Counted from the first letter of the stretch, positions 12,979-24,460 are shown. The stretch is DNA of 64,000 nt from Octopus vulgaris (GCA_951406725.2 OX597822.1:47182001-47246000); one strand, 5' to 3'. Notes: generated by a model not told the origin, from the letters alone. Numbers and translations are program-made.

Positions 12979-13142
12979 TATATATATATATATATATAAA
13001 TTTATATAATTGAGGATAAGGTTGTTATATTTAAATATCGAACTTATCAAGTGACCAGCATGGGAATAAAAACCTTCAAAGGTAATAATTATTATAAAAA
13101 TTATAATTTATGGTATCTAAGAGACACCACCACCAGAACTTT

Positions 13143-14346
13143 GGATCTTTTCTATTCTGAAGCCAGTTTTTTCAAATTTTTCCTACTGAACCAAACAATT
13201 TGAAACTTCGTATACTGGTAGAATGTGTCAAAAGTAAACTTAATTGTAAACCAGAATGAAAACGGAATTGTAACTTCTAAGTTTAACGTTGTTTAATAAT
13301 TAGAATTTTAACCAATGATATTCCGTCATTCGGCTTTATTTTATTTACTCCGTCTCGACCACCAATTTCGTGACGTATTAAACATCTTAAATGTAAACAA
13401 CAGCATCCTTCTAATTATTTATTGATGTACATGTGTGTGTGTGTGTGTGTGTTTGATGGGGTGTGGGAGACAGTATGTTGTGTAAGTGAAGTGCTTCTGT
13501 TAGTGTGTGTGAAAGAGAGAGATAACTGAGATTTTTTACTCGGTGTATGTGTATATGTATGTCTGCATGTATGTGTGTGTGTGTATGTATCTATGTATGT
13601 ATGGCCGATTCATCGTAATTACGATGAATCGGCCATACATACATAGATACATACACACACACACATACATGCAGACATACATATACACATACACCGAGTA
13701 AAAATCTCAGTTATCTCTCTCTTTCACACATTACTCTCTCTGTCTCTTCACACACACTAACAGAAGCACTTCACTTACACAACATACTGTCTCCCACACC
13801 CCATCAAACACACACACACACACACATGTACATCAATGCTTCCCCTAGACGGTAACTTCAAAGACAAACTTCCCTCGTCATAAAATCGCTTCCTCTTAGT
13901 CTCTTTCGCTCTCATTACTTATGTAAAAAAATAAAAGTTTTTTACGGAAATCGACGGAAAACTTGTGCTACGACAAGCGAAACTACGCCGAAATTTAATA
14001 TTAAAAAAGCAAAGAGCTGGCAGAAACGTTAGCACGCCGGGCGAAATGCGTAGCCGTATTTCGTCTGCCGTGTTTGTTTACAGTTTTCCGAACGTTAGTA
14101 CGTCACAAAAGCGCTTTCTACGTCACACTAATAGAATGCAGTCAAGTTTTACACATGAAAACAAACAATCTGATTGGTTAAAATTCGCAGTTTTAATCTA
14201 CGATTAAAGTCATAAAATAGATTTTTCTCAAATAAACTAGTTCCAACCTGTGTCTTGTTTTGCTAGACTCTATCAGCATACGAAGTTTCAGATTATTTAG
14301 TTAAGTAGAAAGATCTGTGGTCCTGGCTTCAGAATAGAAAAGATCC
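13143..14346. mobile_element. 1.2-kb non-autonomous DNA transposon with 24-bp TIR and 8-bp TSD
   Basis: TIR ggatcttttctattctgaagccag / ctggcttcagaatagaaaagatcc; TSD agaacttt at 13135-13142 and 14347-14354. Confidence 0.93.
13421..13837. repeat. Spacer-less ~200-bp-arm palindrome
   Basis: Centred on catcgtaa|ttacgatg (13618/13619); arms identical apart from a ~22-bp indel and a 1-bp indel. Confidence 0.97.
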
Positions 14347-14427
14347 AGAACTTTTAATGTGGTTTTAGAGTCAAGTTTTGGCTGCTATTTCAAGCGTGGT
14401 GGTATCTCTTAGATATCCTAAATTATA

Positions 14428-14480
<53 letters not shown>

Positions 14481-14593
14481 ATATCCACCACGTGACCGAC
14501 CAGACCATCAGATGTTGCTACACATCGCTGGTCACAATGCGTTTGCATTGTTTTAGCCTTCGAACGACGCCACCCCGCTGGCTAAGCGAGCAG

Positions 14594-14626
<33 letters not shown>

Positions 14627-14630
<4 letters not shown>

Positions 14631-14810
14631 CAAATTTACGGAATAACAAAAGACGAAGACAGGTGTATGGACAACAAACAAGTGTATTAGTTTAAGGTAA
14701 GAAAGTCTTTTACGTTTCGAGCCTACGCTCTTCAACAGAAAGGAACTCGAGGAAATAAATAGAGAGAGAATTAAAAAAAAAACTTTTTGGAGCTAGCAGT
14801 TAATCATGTT
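14627..14810 (-). mobile_element. Penelope-like terminal repeat fragment with a minimal hammerhead-like motif
   Basis: Abuts (TA)n; the minus strand reads cttt CTGTTGA a gagc gtag gctc GAAACGTA aaag (14707-14742). Confidence 0.6.
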
Positions 14811-15256
14811 TTTCAATAATCTTTTTTTCCCCCAGCAAATACTAGGTGTGCTATCCAGTTCATTGTTATGCAAACGTACAAAATCTTCTGATATATTTAT
14901 AAACCATGCACTCAGAACTTTTACGCGGCTAATTTAAGCCACCATCATTCTTGATTTCTCAAATTCTGACACTGTCTTTAAGTGCTTGGGATCATTTCAA
15001 ATTTATTTACTGAGCAAATCAGGAGTTACTAACAATGCGTCTGTTGCGATGGCGTTGATCCGATCAGTGGAAGAGCCTGCTTGTGAAATTAACGTGCCAG
15101 TGGATGAGCGCTCCACAAACACGCGCACCCTTAACGTAGTTTTCCGGGAGATTCAGCATAACACAGAATGTGACAGGGCTGGCCCTTTTGAATAACAGGA
15201 ACTAATCATTTTTGCCAGGTGAGTGGACTGGAGCAACTTGAAATAAAGTATCTTAA

Positions 15257-15415
15257 GGAGTGGCTGTGTGGTATGTAGATTGCTTACCAACCACATGGTT
15301 CCGGGTTCTGTCCCACTGTGTGGCACCTTGGGGAAGTGGCTTCTACTATAGCTTCGGGCCGAATAAAGCGTTGTGAGTGGATTTGGTAGACAGAAACTGA
15401 AGCCCGTCTTATATA

Positions 15416-15462
<47 letters not shown>

Positions 15463-15667
15463 ATGTGTATTTGTGTCTGTTTGTCACTCCAACATCGCTT
15501 GTCAACCGATGCTGGTGTGTTCACGTCCTCGTAACTTAGCGGTTCGGCAAAAGAGACCGATAGAATAAGTACTTGGCTTACAAAGAATAAGTCCTGGAGT
15601 CGATTTGCTCGACTACAGGCGGTACTCCAGAATGGCCGCAGTCAAATAACTGAAACAAGTAAAAGAC
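15257..15667 (+). mobile_element. Full-length CORE-type octopus SINE nested in an oppositely oriented SINE (15050-15745)
   Basis: Head ggagtggctgtgtggt...ggttccgggttctgtccc, CORE-like ccttgggaagtggctt, internal (TA/TG)n, tail tgaaacaagtaaaaga. Confidence 0.93.
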
Positions 15668-16405
15668 AACGTACCATCCGGAATTGAACTCGCGGTCTTA
15701 CGAGCGTGAACCTAATGACCTAAGCACTAAACCAAGCGCCTTCGCGAATACTATTAGACGAATAACAAATACAAAGGAAAAATAACTAAAATAGGAAGTT
15801 AAATGTGTAAATATTATTTAGCGACCAACAGAAAATCCACCTGGTGTACAATTTTCCAACTGGTTACACCAATGCATTAAATATTAGTGAAATAAACTTG
15901 TGTGTTTACACAATTAGTTGACGACGACACGTTTAGAATAGTGTCAATCAGAAAGCATAAATTTTACATATAATTTCTTAATTCAGTTGTTTCTCTACAG
16001 CTGTTTCAGTTGGTAGAGTAAATACATCATTTATATACTTCCGTAATAATATAGATGATTGATTAATTTAAATGGGATGAGTTAATCATTTCATCAGGAG
16101 AAAAAAAAAATTGGAAAATGGATATTGAAATACCCACTACTATCCGAAATAAACGAGAGAAAGCAAAAAAGAGGAAGGAAAACAACAGAACGAAAAATAT
16201 GATAGAGATATGTACAAATGTGTGTGTGAATTTGTGTGCATATATATATATACATACATACATACAAATGTGTGTATGTGTGTACACAAGGTAAAAGATG
16301 TTTTGACGCCGTCTATTTCGTGTCGTTAAGAAGTTCAATGTTTCTGTTGTTCTCCACCTCTCTCTCTCTCCCTCTCTCTCACTGTTTTCATCTGTATGCG
16401 TATCA

Positions 16406-16732
16406 TTCTGCGTGTCAATGCGCGCCGGGGCGTGTGGGCAAGTGTTTGCCTCCAGTGCCATGATATATGGCCCCCAAAACAGGTTGATTGCCCAGTCAGC
16501 CGTGCCAAATCGTCCAAACAGCCGCGCCCAGTTGTTATATATTATATATATATATATATATGTATACACAGACACATACGTATATATTTATATAAATGCA
16601 AAACAATTGGGCGCGGCTGTTTGGGCACTGACGATTTGGCACGTCTTACTGGGCAATCAACCTGTTTCGGTTGCAGTATAAGATAGCACTGGAGGCAAAC
16701 ACGAATATAACGGCGCGCACTGACACGCAGAA
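16406..16732. repeat. GC-rich imperfect inverted repeat with ~130-bp arms and a 65-bp TA-rich loop
   Basis: Arms 16406-16536 and 16602-16732 pair in conserved blocks. Confidence 0.92.
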
Positions 16733-17532
16733 ATATATATAAACACACATTCATACATACAGACACATACGCATCCATCCATCCATCCATCCATACATAC
16801 ATACATACATACATACATACATACATACATGTACATACCTTGGGTTTGGGGGTTAGAAGTTTAGAGTTAGAGTATATAATGCATCGCAAAAATTCATTGC
16901 AAATGATAATTCGGTTTTATACCGTAGGTTTTCATTGCATTTTTTCATCTCTAAATGTTTTATAAACTTTATTTTCTTTCATTAAAATGTTTCATCTCTA
17001 AAAATTATTCACAACGTTTCAATTTTCTTTTATTATATTTCTTTTATTAATAGAAAGGAAAAAACACACAGCAATTGCGATTTCCGCTATGTCGATAATG
17101 GAGGCTTCTGATTGGGTAAAATTTGCAAAAATGTCAATCTTTAAGGGTTCATAGTTTTTTATCATTAATTCCTCCAAAAAAATTAATGTAATTTTTGCAA
17201 TTAGCATGCAAATCTAGAAAATTTCAAATAAATCGGGCACAGTGACTCAAACGGAAACGATTGTGTATGGTCGATAATTTCTGAGATGAAAATTACATTG
17301 ATTCATCATTTCGCAGAACTAATAAAAGAGTTTCTACTCGTCTATCTGCCATGTTAACAGCTTGAGATAGTAGCCATATCTCCCTCGGAGCACATTCTTC
17401 AGTTTTAAAAATGGACGGACATTGGAAAATGAGTCTGACATAAACTGCTTAGAAAAACAGTTTGGTTACAGAATGCTTTGATCTCCTGGGTCAGAACTTA
17501 ATTAGGAATAGACAGCAACATTAATAATAATA

Positions 17533-17562
<30 letters not shown>

Positions 17563-17564
<2 letters not shown>

Positions 17565-17766
17565 CCTTTCTACTAAGAGCACAAGGCCTGAAATTTTGGT
17601 GGAAGGGGATTGACTAGTCGATTACTTCGACCTCACTGCTCAACTGGACCTTATTTCACCGACCTCGAAAGGACGAAAAGGTAAAGTCGACCTCGGCGGA
17701 ATTCGAACTCAGAACGTAAAGGCGGACGAAATGCGCTAAGCGTTCTGCTCGTCGCCTTCAATAATG

Positions 17767-17799
<33 letters not shown>

Positions 17800-18006
17800 G
17801 TTTCAAATTTTGTCACAAGGGTAGCAATTTTGGGGGAGGAGATGAGTCAATTACATCGACCCGAGTATTCAACTGGTACTTATTTTATCGACCCCGAAAG
17901 GATGAAAGGCAAAACTTGGCTGAACTTGAACTCCGAGCGTAGCAACGAGAGAAATACCGCTAAACATTTTGTCCAGCGCGCTAACGATTCTTCCAGCTCG
18001 TCGCCT
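17563..18006 (-). mobile_element. Two Nin-type SINE copies separated and flanked by (TAA)n/(TGA)n
   Basis: gaaaggacgaaaaggtaaagtcgacctcggcgg and atcgaccccgaaaggatgaaaggc motifs. Confidence 0.88.
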
Positions 18007-18008
18007 GC

Positions 18009-18039
<31 letters not shown>

Positions 18040-18963
18040 GGGAACAGAAACCTCTGCATGGCAGGTATGTGGCCTGTAGCAAACAAGCTGATATCGACCA
18101 GAAACACACGTATCAATGATTACGAAGTTCAGGGCTAAAAGCAGAGAGTGAAGGTTTCATATTAGCTACTCAAGACCAAAGCTTATTAACCCGGAACTAC
18201 CAAGCCAAATGTGATAAAAAAAATGGAGCTGACCCAAAATGCCGATTCTGTTACGATGAGATCGAAACTATAGACCACCTAATCTCAGGGTGTAAAGTCT
18301 TAGCACCTGTAGAATATAAAGCAAGACATGACAGAGTCGGCCAGTATTTACGATGGACAATATGTCGGCATTATAAAATCAAAACCGCTGACAAATAGTA
18401 TATACACCATCCTGAAGCTGTGACTGAGGGAGAAAATGTGTCGATTCTCTGGGACTTCCCCGTACATACCAACAAAACTATAAAAGCTAATAAACCGGGT
18501 ATTATTATAAAAGATCAGACAAAAGGGTGTGTTTATTAATTGACATGGGTATTCCTTGCGATCACAATATAGCGACGAAAGAATTTGACAAGATCAGTAA
18601 ATTTGTTAACAGAAATTGAAAAAATGTGGCATCTCAGGGTGATTACAGTACCAGTGATTGCAGGATCTCTAGGAATGATAAAAAAAAAGTACTAAAACCT
18701 ATTTGAAAATGACACCAGACTTACCATCCCTACAGGAAGTGCAAAAAATCGTGTTAACTGGCACAACTCATGTACTGAGAAGAGCATTATCGCTGTGAAA
18801 ACAACATCCATTCATGAATTTATTTATTTATTTTTTTAAAATACATATTTTACCTGTGAATTTGCGTGTGTAATCTGGGAATGCATACAATGAGCTTCTC
18901 TGCCCTAGGTGTACGGAAAATACTCGGCAAGAAATGGAAGAAAATTTGAAGAAAGAAGGGAAA
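18040..18963 (+). pseudogene. 5'-truncated R4/Dong-clade non-LTR retrotransposon: C-terminal CCHC knuckle, restriction-like endonuclease and 3' UTR
   Basis: Translates with stops and frameshifts as KPLHGRY...LKAESEGFILATQDQSLLTRNY...CRFCYDEIETIDHLISGC...YKARHDRV...ILWDFPVHT...NKPGIII...LIDMGIP...EIEKMW...VPVIAGSLG...HVLRRALSL* (stop 18796-18798); (TAA)n on both flanks. Confidence 0.93.
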
Positions 18964-19442
18964 AAATAATAATAATAACAACAACAACAACAATACTAAT
19001 AATCCTTACCACTAAAGGCACAAGGCCTGAAATTTTGAGAGAAGGGGATTTGTCGATTACATCGACTCCCAGTGCTCAATTGGAACTTATTTCACCGACT
19101 CCAAAAGGACGAAAAGGCAAAGTCAACCTCGGCGGAAGTCGTACTCAGAACTCTCTCTCTCTCTCTCTCTCCTTCTCCATATATATATGAAACCACGTGT
19201 TGCAAAGCAAAGCAACCTTCGGATATCTTTGAAGAATATTTTGAAGATTTTTTTTCAATTCTGAATGGATTTTTTTCCAAAATTTCCTTCTTGGTGTAGT
19301 TTTGATTGCTGATGACGAAAATTATATTATTTCTTTTTTTCTTTTCGTAAAAGTAATAATTTTTTTTTATTGCGCATCAAGGGGCTAAACATAGAGGGGA
19401 CAAACAAGGACAGACAAACGGATTAAGTCGATTATATCGACT

Positions 19443-20493
19443 CCAGTGCGTAACTGGTATTTATTTAATCGATCCCGAAAGGATGAAAGGTAAAGTCGAC
19501 CTCGGCGGAATTCGAACTCAGAACGTAACGGCAGACGAAATATCGTTAAGTATTTCGTAAAAGTAACAATAAAGACGTTTTTAGTAACAGAGATCCCAAC
19601 CTGATGAACAACACAACTGTGCCTGCGCCTAATGTTGTATTAAACACGTGAAACTATCAGAATATAGCAGAATGGTCGTGACGGGAATACTTTTGATCAT
19701 AGAACTACTTTGCCAAACCTGACTTGGGGCTAAATAACATATCCCACTGTTACCATCACGACCGCCTTACTGCCACTACCACGTCACCTCCACCACTACT
19801 ACTACCACCGTCACTATTACTACCACCACCACCACCACCACCACTACTACCGTCACTACCATCATCCCCCCCACTACTACCACCATCACTACCACCGCCA
19901 TTACCACCACCACCACCGCTAGCAGCAGCAGCACCAGCACCAGCACCACCACTACCACCAGTACGTAACTGGTATTTATTTAATCGATCCCGAAAGGATG
20001 AGAAGTAAAGTCGACCTCGGCGGAATTCGAACTCAGAACGTAACGGCAGACGAAATATCGCTAAGTATTTCGTAAAAGTAATAATAAAGACGTTTTTAGT
20101 TACAGAGATCCCAACCTGATGAACAACACAACTGTGCCTGCGCCTAATGTTGTATTAAACACGTGAAACTATCAGAATATAGCAGAATGGTCGTGACGGG
20201 AATACTTTTGATCATAGAACTACTTTGCCAGACCTGACCTGGGGCTAAATAACATATCCCACTGTTACCATCACCACCGCCTTACTGCCACTACCACGTC
20301 ACCACCACCACTACTACTACCACCGTCACTATTACTACCAACACCACCACCACCACCACCACCACTACTACCGTCACTACCAGCACCACTACCATCACCA
20401 CCACCCCCACTACTACCACCATCACTACCACCACCACCACCGCTAGCAGCAGCAGCAGCACCACCACCACCACCACCACTACCACCACCACCA
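19443..20493. repeat. Recent tandem duplication, 515-bp period
   Basis: Partial SINE + unique sequence + (ACC/ACT)n block starting at 19443 recurs at 19958 with few substitutions. Confidence 0.95.
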
Positions 20494-21045
20494 TCGATGC
20501 CGCCGCCAGACCCCTTATAAATCAACGTTGAAACAAAGCATGTAGGTACAGGGTATCATGACAGGTATGAGGGGTCGAGAGTGGTGTCCTTGTGAACCTG
20601 GATTTATTAACTCTTCAGTCTTCATTGCCGTCTCTTTCTCTCACCTTATTTCAAGCGTTCAACCCCTTCGTCAATGAGGGGACAGAAGGACAGCAGGAGT
20701 CAAAGGCCATTTACATATGTTAACGGCGAGGATGACCCAGAGTCAGCAATAATACACAAGGACATAAGATTTTGTTTCTTTGACTACAATATATCATTTA
20801 AGCTAATTGTTTTTGTCTTCATTACCGATACAGATTTTAAAATAAAATTGAATCAACTGGCAGAGTTGTGAGCAAGCCAGACAAATGCATTGACGGCGTT
20901 TCGTCCGTCATTACGAACTGAGTTCAAATTCCACTGATCGACTTTCTCTTTCTTCCTTTCGGAATCAGGAAATTAAGTACTAATTGCACAGTGGGATACG
21001 CATATAATCGACTAGTCCCCTTTCTCCCTAAATGTCAGGCCTTGA

Positions 21046-21403
21046 GCCGGGTGAAATGCTTAGCGGTATTTCGTCTGCCGCTACGTTCTGAGTTCAAATT
21101 TCCGCCGAGGTCGACTTTGCCTTTCATCCTTTCGGGGTCGATAAATTAAGTACCAGTTACGCATTGGAGTCGATATAATCGACTTAATCCGTTTGTCTGT
21201 CCTTGTCTGTCCTCTCTGCGTTTACTGTGGGTAGTAAAGAAATAGGTATTTCGTCTGCCGTTACATTGTGAGTTCAAATTCCGCCGAGGTCGACTTTGCC
21301 TTTCATCCTTTCGGGGTCGATAAATTAAGTACCAGTTACGCACTGGGGCCGATATAATCGACTTAATCCCTTTGTCCTTGTTTGTCCCCTCTATGTTTAG
21401 CCC
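21046..21403 (+). mobile_element. Dimeric Nin-type SINE (two ~180-bp units)
   Basis: Junction aaagaaata|ggtatttcgtctgccg at about 21245. Confidence 0.92.
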
Positions 21404-21410
21404 ACTCCCC

Positions 21411-21818
21411 CTGCCATTTTCTCTAGCGGTGTCATATGAAATTGTCACCCATAACTATGAGCCTAGTATCGATCTATTGCATTTCAATGTATTTTAGATT
21501 TAGGGTTAGTTAGGGTTAGGGTTGGGGGAAGGGTATCTTTTTTTCTTCACAAATGTAAATAAACCCAATCTGTTTCTTAAACGAGGGACATATTCATACG
21601 GCACAGAATGCTTTCACCTCAATAGACGGTCAGTGATTGGTTAAAATTGCCGAAATGCAAGAAATTATTGACGAAATATCTTACAAACTATAGAATTTTC
21701 TTAAGAAAGTCAAGAGAAAATGATGTTTCATAAACACATTCTACCAGTATACGAAGTTTAAAATTTTTTAGTTACCTAGAAATTATGTTAAAAACTGCCG
21801 TTCAAACCGAAAAGATCC
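21411..21818 (-). mobile_element. MITE, inverted homolog of 7951-8360, containing TTAGGG repeats
   Basis: Ends aaaactgccgttcaaaccgaaaagatcc; internal ttagggttagttagggttagggtt. Confidence 0.88.
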
Positions 21819-21820
21819 CC

Positions 21821-22169
21821 CCGTCTGACCTCTCCTATGAATCTAAACGGCCCCAGCTAAGTTTTGCTATGTCCATAAACAAATCTCAAGCACAATCTCT
21901 CATCGCTGTTGGACTTAACCTCATGGGCAATTATATGTAGGATGTTCGCGAGTTGGAAGTTCCAAAACACTTTCTCATTGCTCACCAATTGAAGGATACA
22001 CTGAAAACATTGTATATTTAGAAGTCCAACAAAACTAAACTGTGATTGATTTCAGGATTTGTTTTAAATCTGATAGAATTTTTTTGAAAATATCTTTTTT
22101 ATCAGAATAAATATATTTATCTTTTTTAAGATTCTTTAAACTTTCGACAAACGCCGGTACTTAGGCTAG
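21821..22169 (+). pseudogene. Helitron RepHel 3' remnant (PIF1-like helicase C-terminal motifs) and CTAG terminus
   Basis: PSDLSYESKR...LSFAMSINKSQAQSLIAVGLNL / HGQLYVGCSRVG...TENIVYLEV (stop 22036-22038); terminus cgacaaacgccggtacttaggCTAG|T. Confidence 0.9.
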
Positions 22170-22170
22170 T

Positions 22171-22497
22171 GATAGTGATCCCCTTCGGTCAGACACTGAC
22201 CATGGGTTTGCACCTAGAGAATTACTCTCTGAGGCACAAGTCTGGGCAAGGTTGTTTCATGGAAGACCAGCAGTCGCCCATGCATACCGGCCTCCCTCTC
22301 CACGTCACCGATGTTGTCCAAGGGAAAGGCAAAGGGGCCGATACAGCTTGGCACCTGTGACGTCGCAACTCATTTCTACAGCTGAGTGAACTGGAGCAAC
22401 GTGAAATAAAGTGTCTTGCTCAAGAACACAACACGCAGCCCGGTCCGGGATTCGAGCTCACAACCTCACGATCGTAACCACTGAGCCACGCGCCTTC
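22171..22497 (-). mobile_element. CORE-SINE (OR2-like) with 12-bp TSD, inserted at the Helitron end
   Basis: Head gaaggcgcgtggctcagtggtt, CORE-like cttgagcaagacactt; TSD acttaggctagt at 22159-22170 and 22498-22509. Confidence 0.92.
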
Positions 22498-22507
22498 ACT
22501 TAGGCTA

Positions 22508-22561
<54 letters not shown>

Positions 22562-23361
22562 TTATTTAGCCAGCTATTTAATGCATTTAGTAAGTTAACA
22601 CTGGCTTAAAGTATTGTTATATATCTGACAATGCTTTTCTTTGTTACATTATAAAGCTTTACTCAAGTGAGACGGAAGTGAGATGTTATTACAAGGAATA
22701 TGATATAAGCCGATGTAAAGACGTAAGCTTTTCGTAGAGCGATATTGTTGTCTATGATATTATTCTGTTATGGTCTGTAATGTTACTATGAAACACTTAA
22801 ATTATGGAACAAAATCTGATACGTAATCTATCTATACCAGCAAAATCGATGGCAATTTGTCTACTAAAGTATGGAACACAATCGAGATATAACTTATTAT
22901 AGATAAATGTCACATGATTCTGTTTGTCACTCCGTTAGTAAGTTAGCACATGCGTTACGCTCTGTTGGGCAGTTATCACTAAAAATTGGTAATATTATCG
23001 AGGGGCAAGCTGGCAGAATCGTTGGCACGCCGGACAAAATGCTTCATGGCATTTCTTCCAGCTTTACGTTCGGAGTTCAAAAGTTGCCGAGGTCGACTTT
23101 GGCTTTTCCTACATTCGGGGCCGATAAAATTTTAAGTACCAGTTGAGCACTGGAGTCGTTGTAATCGACCAGCGCTCTTCCCCCAAAATTTCGAGCCCTG
23201 TGCCTATAGCAGAAAGGATAATCATTGTCACTAGTAGTAGTAGTAGTAGTAGTAGTAGAAATATCTTCTTCTGTTACTGCTGCTCCGTTGTCGTTTCTAT
23301 CGCTTTGGAAGAAATCAGCGATATCATTTTAGCATGCGGGCTACGTGGCCTGGTCATTTAC

Positions 23362-23497
23362 ACTTCAGCTTGCGGTCTACTTTTACACTTTAGCTTGTAG
23401 TTTAACTCTAATCCTAAATCCTAACTCTTCCCCTAATCCAGATCAGGTTATTTCACAGCATAGACTACAGATACTGCGCTAGACCGCAAGCTAAAGT
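23362..23497. repeat. Small hairpin/MITE relic with a degenerate CCCTAA-like loop
   Basis: acttcagcttgcggtcta / tagaccgcaagctaaagt (17/18 match). Confidence 0.6.
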
Positions 23498-23929
23498 AGC
23501 ACCAGTCGGACCTGGAGAAGGAGGTGCTCCACCAGTTCTCAAAGCCCAAGGCATGCCATATGTCACGAAGACGTCCCTACGACTTTATATGGTGTTAAGG
23601 TTCCAAACTAAACATTATTTAATAGATTGAACCCCTCGGCTTTAATGATGAATTCGACAAAGCAAGGGAGACAGCTTTGAAATCCAAATTAATAGATAAC
23701 TAAATAGGGGTATAATGGTCAGATTGTAGATGACTAACAATTTAGGGATCTTGTTAAGTTTGTTCCAAACAATAGATTGGAGGGTTTCGATTAACGAAAA
23801 GTAATTAGCTTTAAATGCCAATTTATGATATTCCTCAGTGAAGGAGATGGATATAACAACACTTTGAACACACCCTACTAAATACTACTTGTCGCGGATG
23901 ACTAGTTCGCTGAGTGCAGAGGGGACGTG

Positions 23930-24460
23930 AAGACAATTTGGAAACTTGCCATGCTATAAAGATTTGTGTTAGACAGGGTAAAAACACTGCAGAAACTTAT
24001 GAAGAAACCCAGACTTGTTTATGGATTAACTCTTACGAGCCGAGCATCTGTTTTTCGCTGGTTCAAGAGGCCAGGTTAAGCAAGCCCACGAGGAAGTTTA
24101 TGATGACCCTTATTTTTTGACATTGAGAGTATCATGAACCTTCAGCGGGTTCTCTCTGGCAAAACTATCAACAAAGAGTACTTTGTGGAGGTCCTGAGGG
24201 AGTTTAGGAAGAAATTTCGTCGCAAAAGGCCAGAACACCTACACAAGGACAAAGCATCAGTTCACAATTCTATACTGGTAACCAAACACTTGACAGAGGC
24301 ATTAAAACTGCCCCTCATTCTCCCTGTGACTTTGAGTTATTCCCCAAGCTGAAGGAGACGATGTCGGAGGCTGTGACAAGAGTCCTGGATAACTTCACAT
24401 TGGAGGACTTCCATCGGGCCTTCCCGGAAAGTGGCTGGAGCGCTACAAGTACATTTGTAT
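23930..24460 (+). pseudogene. Internally deleted mariner transposase relic
   Basis: ETCHAIKICVRQGKNTAETYE (N-terminal HTH), then GKTINKEYFVEVLREFRKKFRRKRP, LHKDKASVHNS and DFELFPKLKE. Confidence 0.88.

Noticed and set aside
16443-16463. miR-183/96-family-like sequence (ATGGCACTGG on minus; TTTGGCAC at 16635)
   Set aside because: Only 8-10 nt match and the geometry is not that of a ~60-nt pre-miRNA; kept only as part of the long-hairpin finding.
20515-20870. Possible exon (MRGQKDSRSQRPF...)
   Set aside because: No consistent acceptor, donor and frame combination on either strand.
21046-21403. CRISPR-like or retrozyme array in the ~180-bp tandem units
   Set aside because: Eukaryotic SINE multimers with no unique spacers; I found no CUGANGA...GAAA hammerhead core in the unit on either strand.
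21499-21523. Telomere or chromosome-fusion scar (TTAGGG repeats)
   Set aside because: Only 3-4 units, internal to a repeated MITE.
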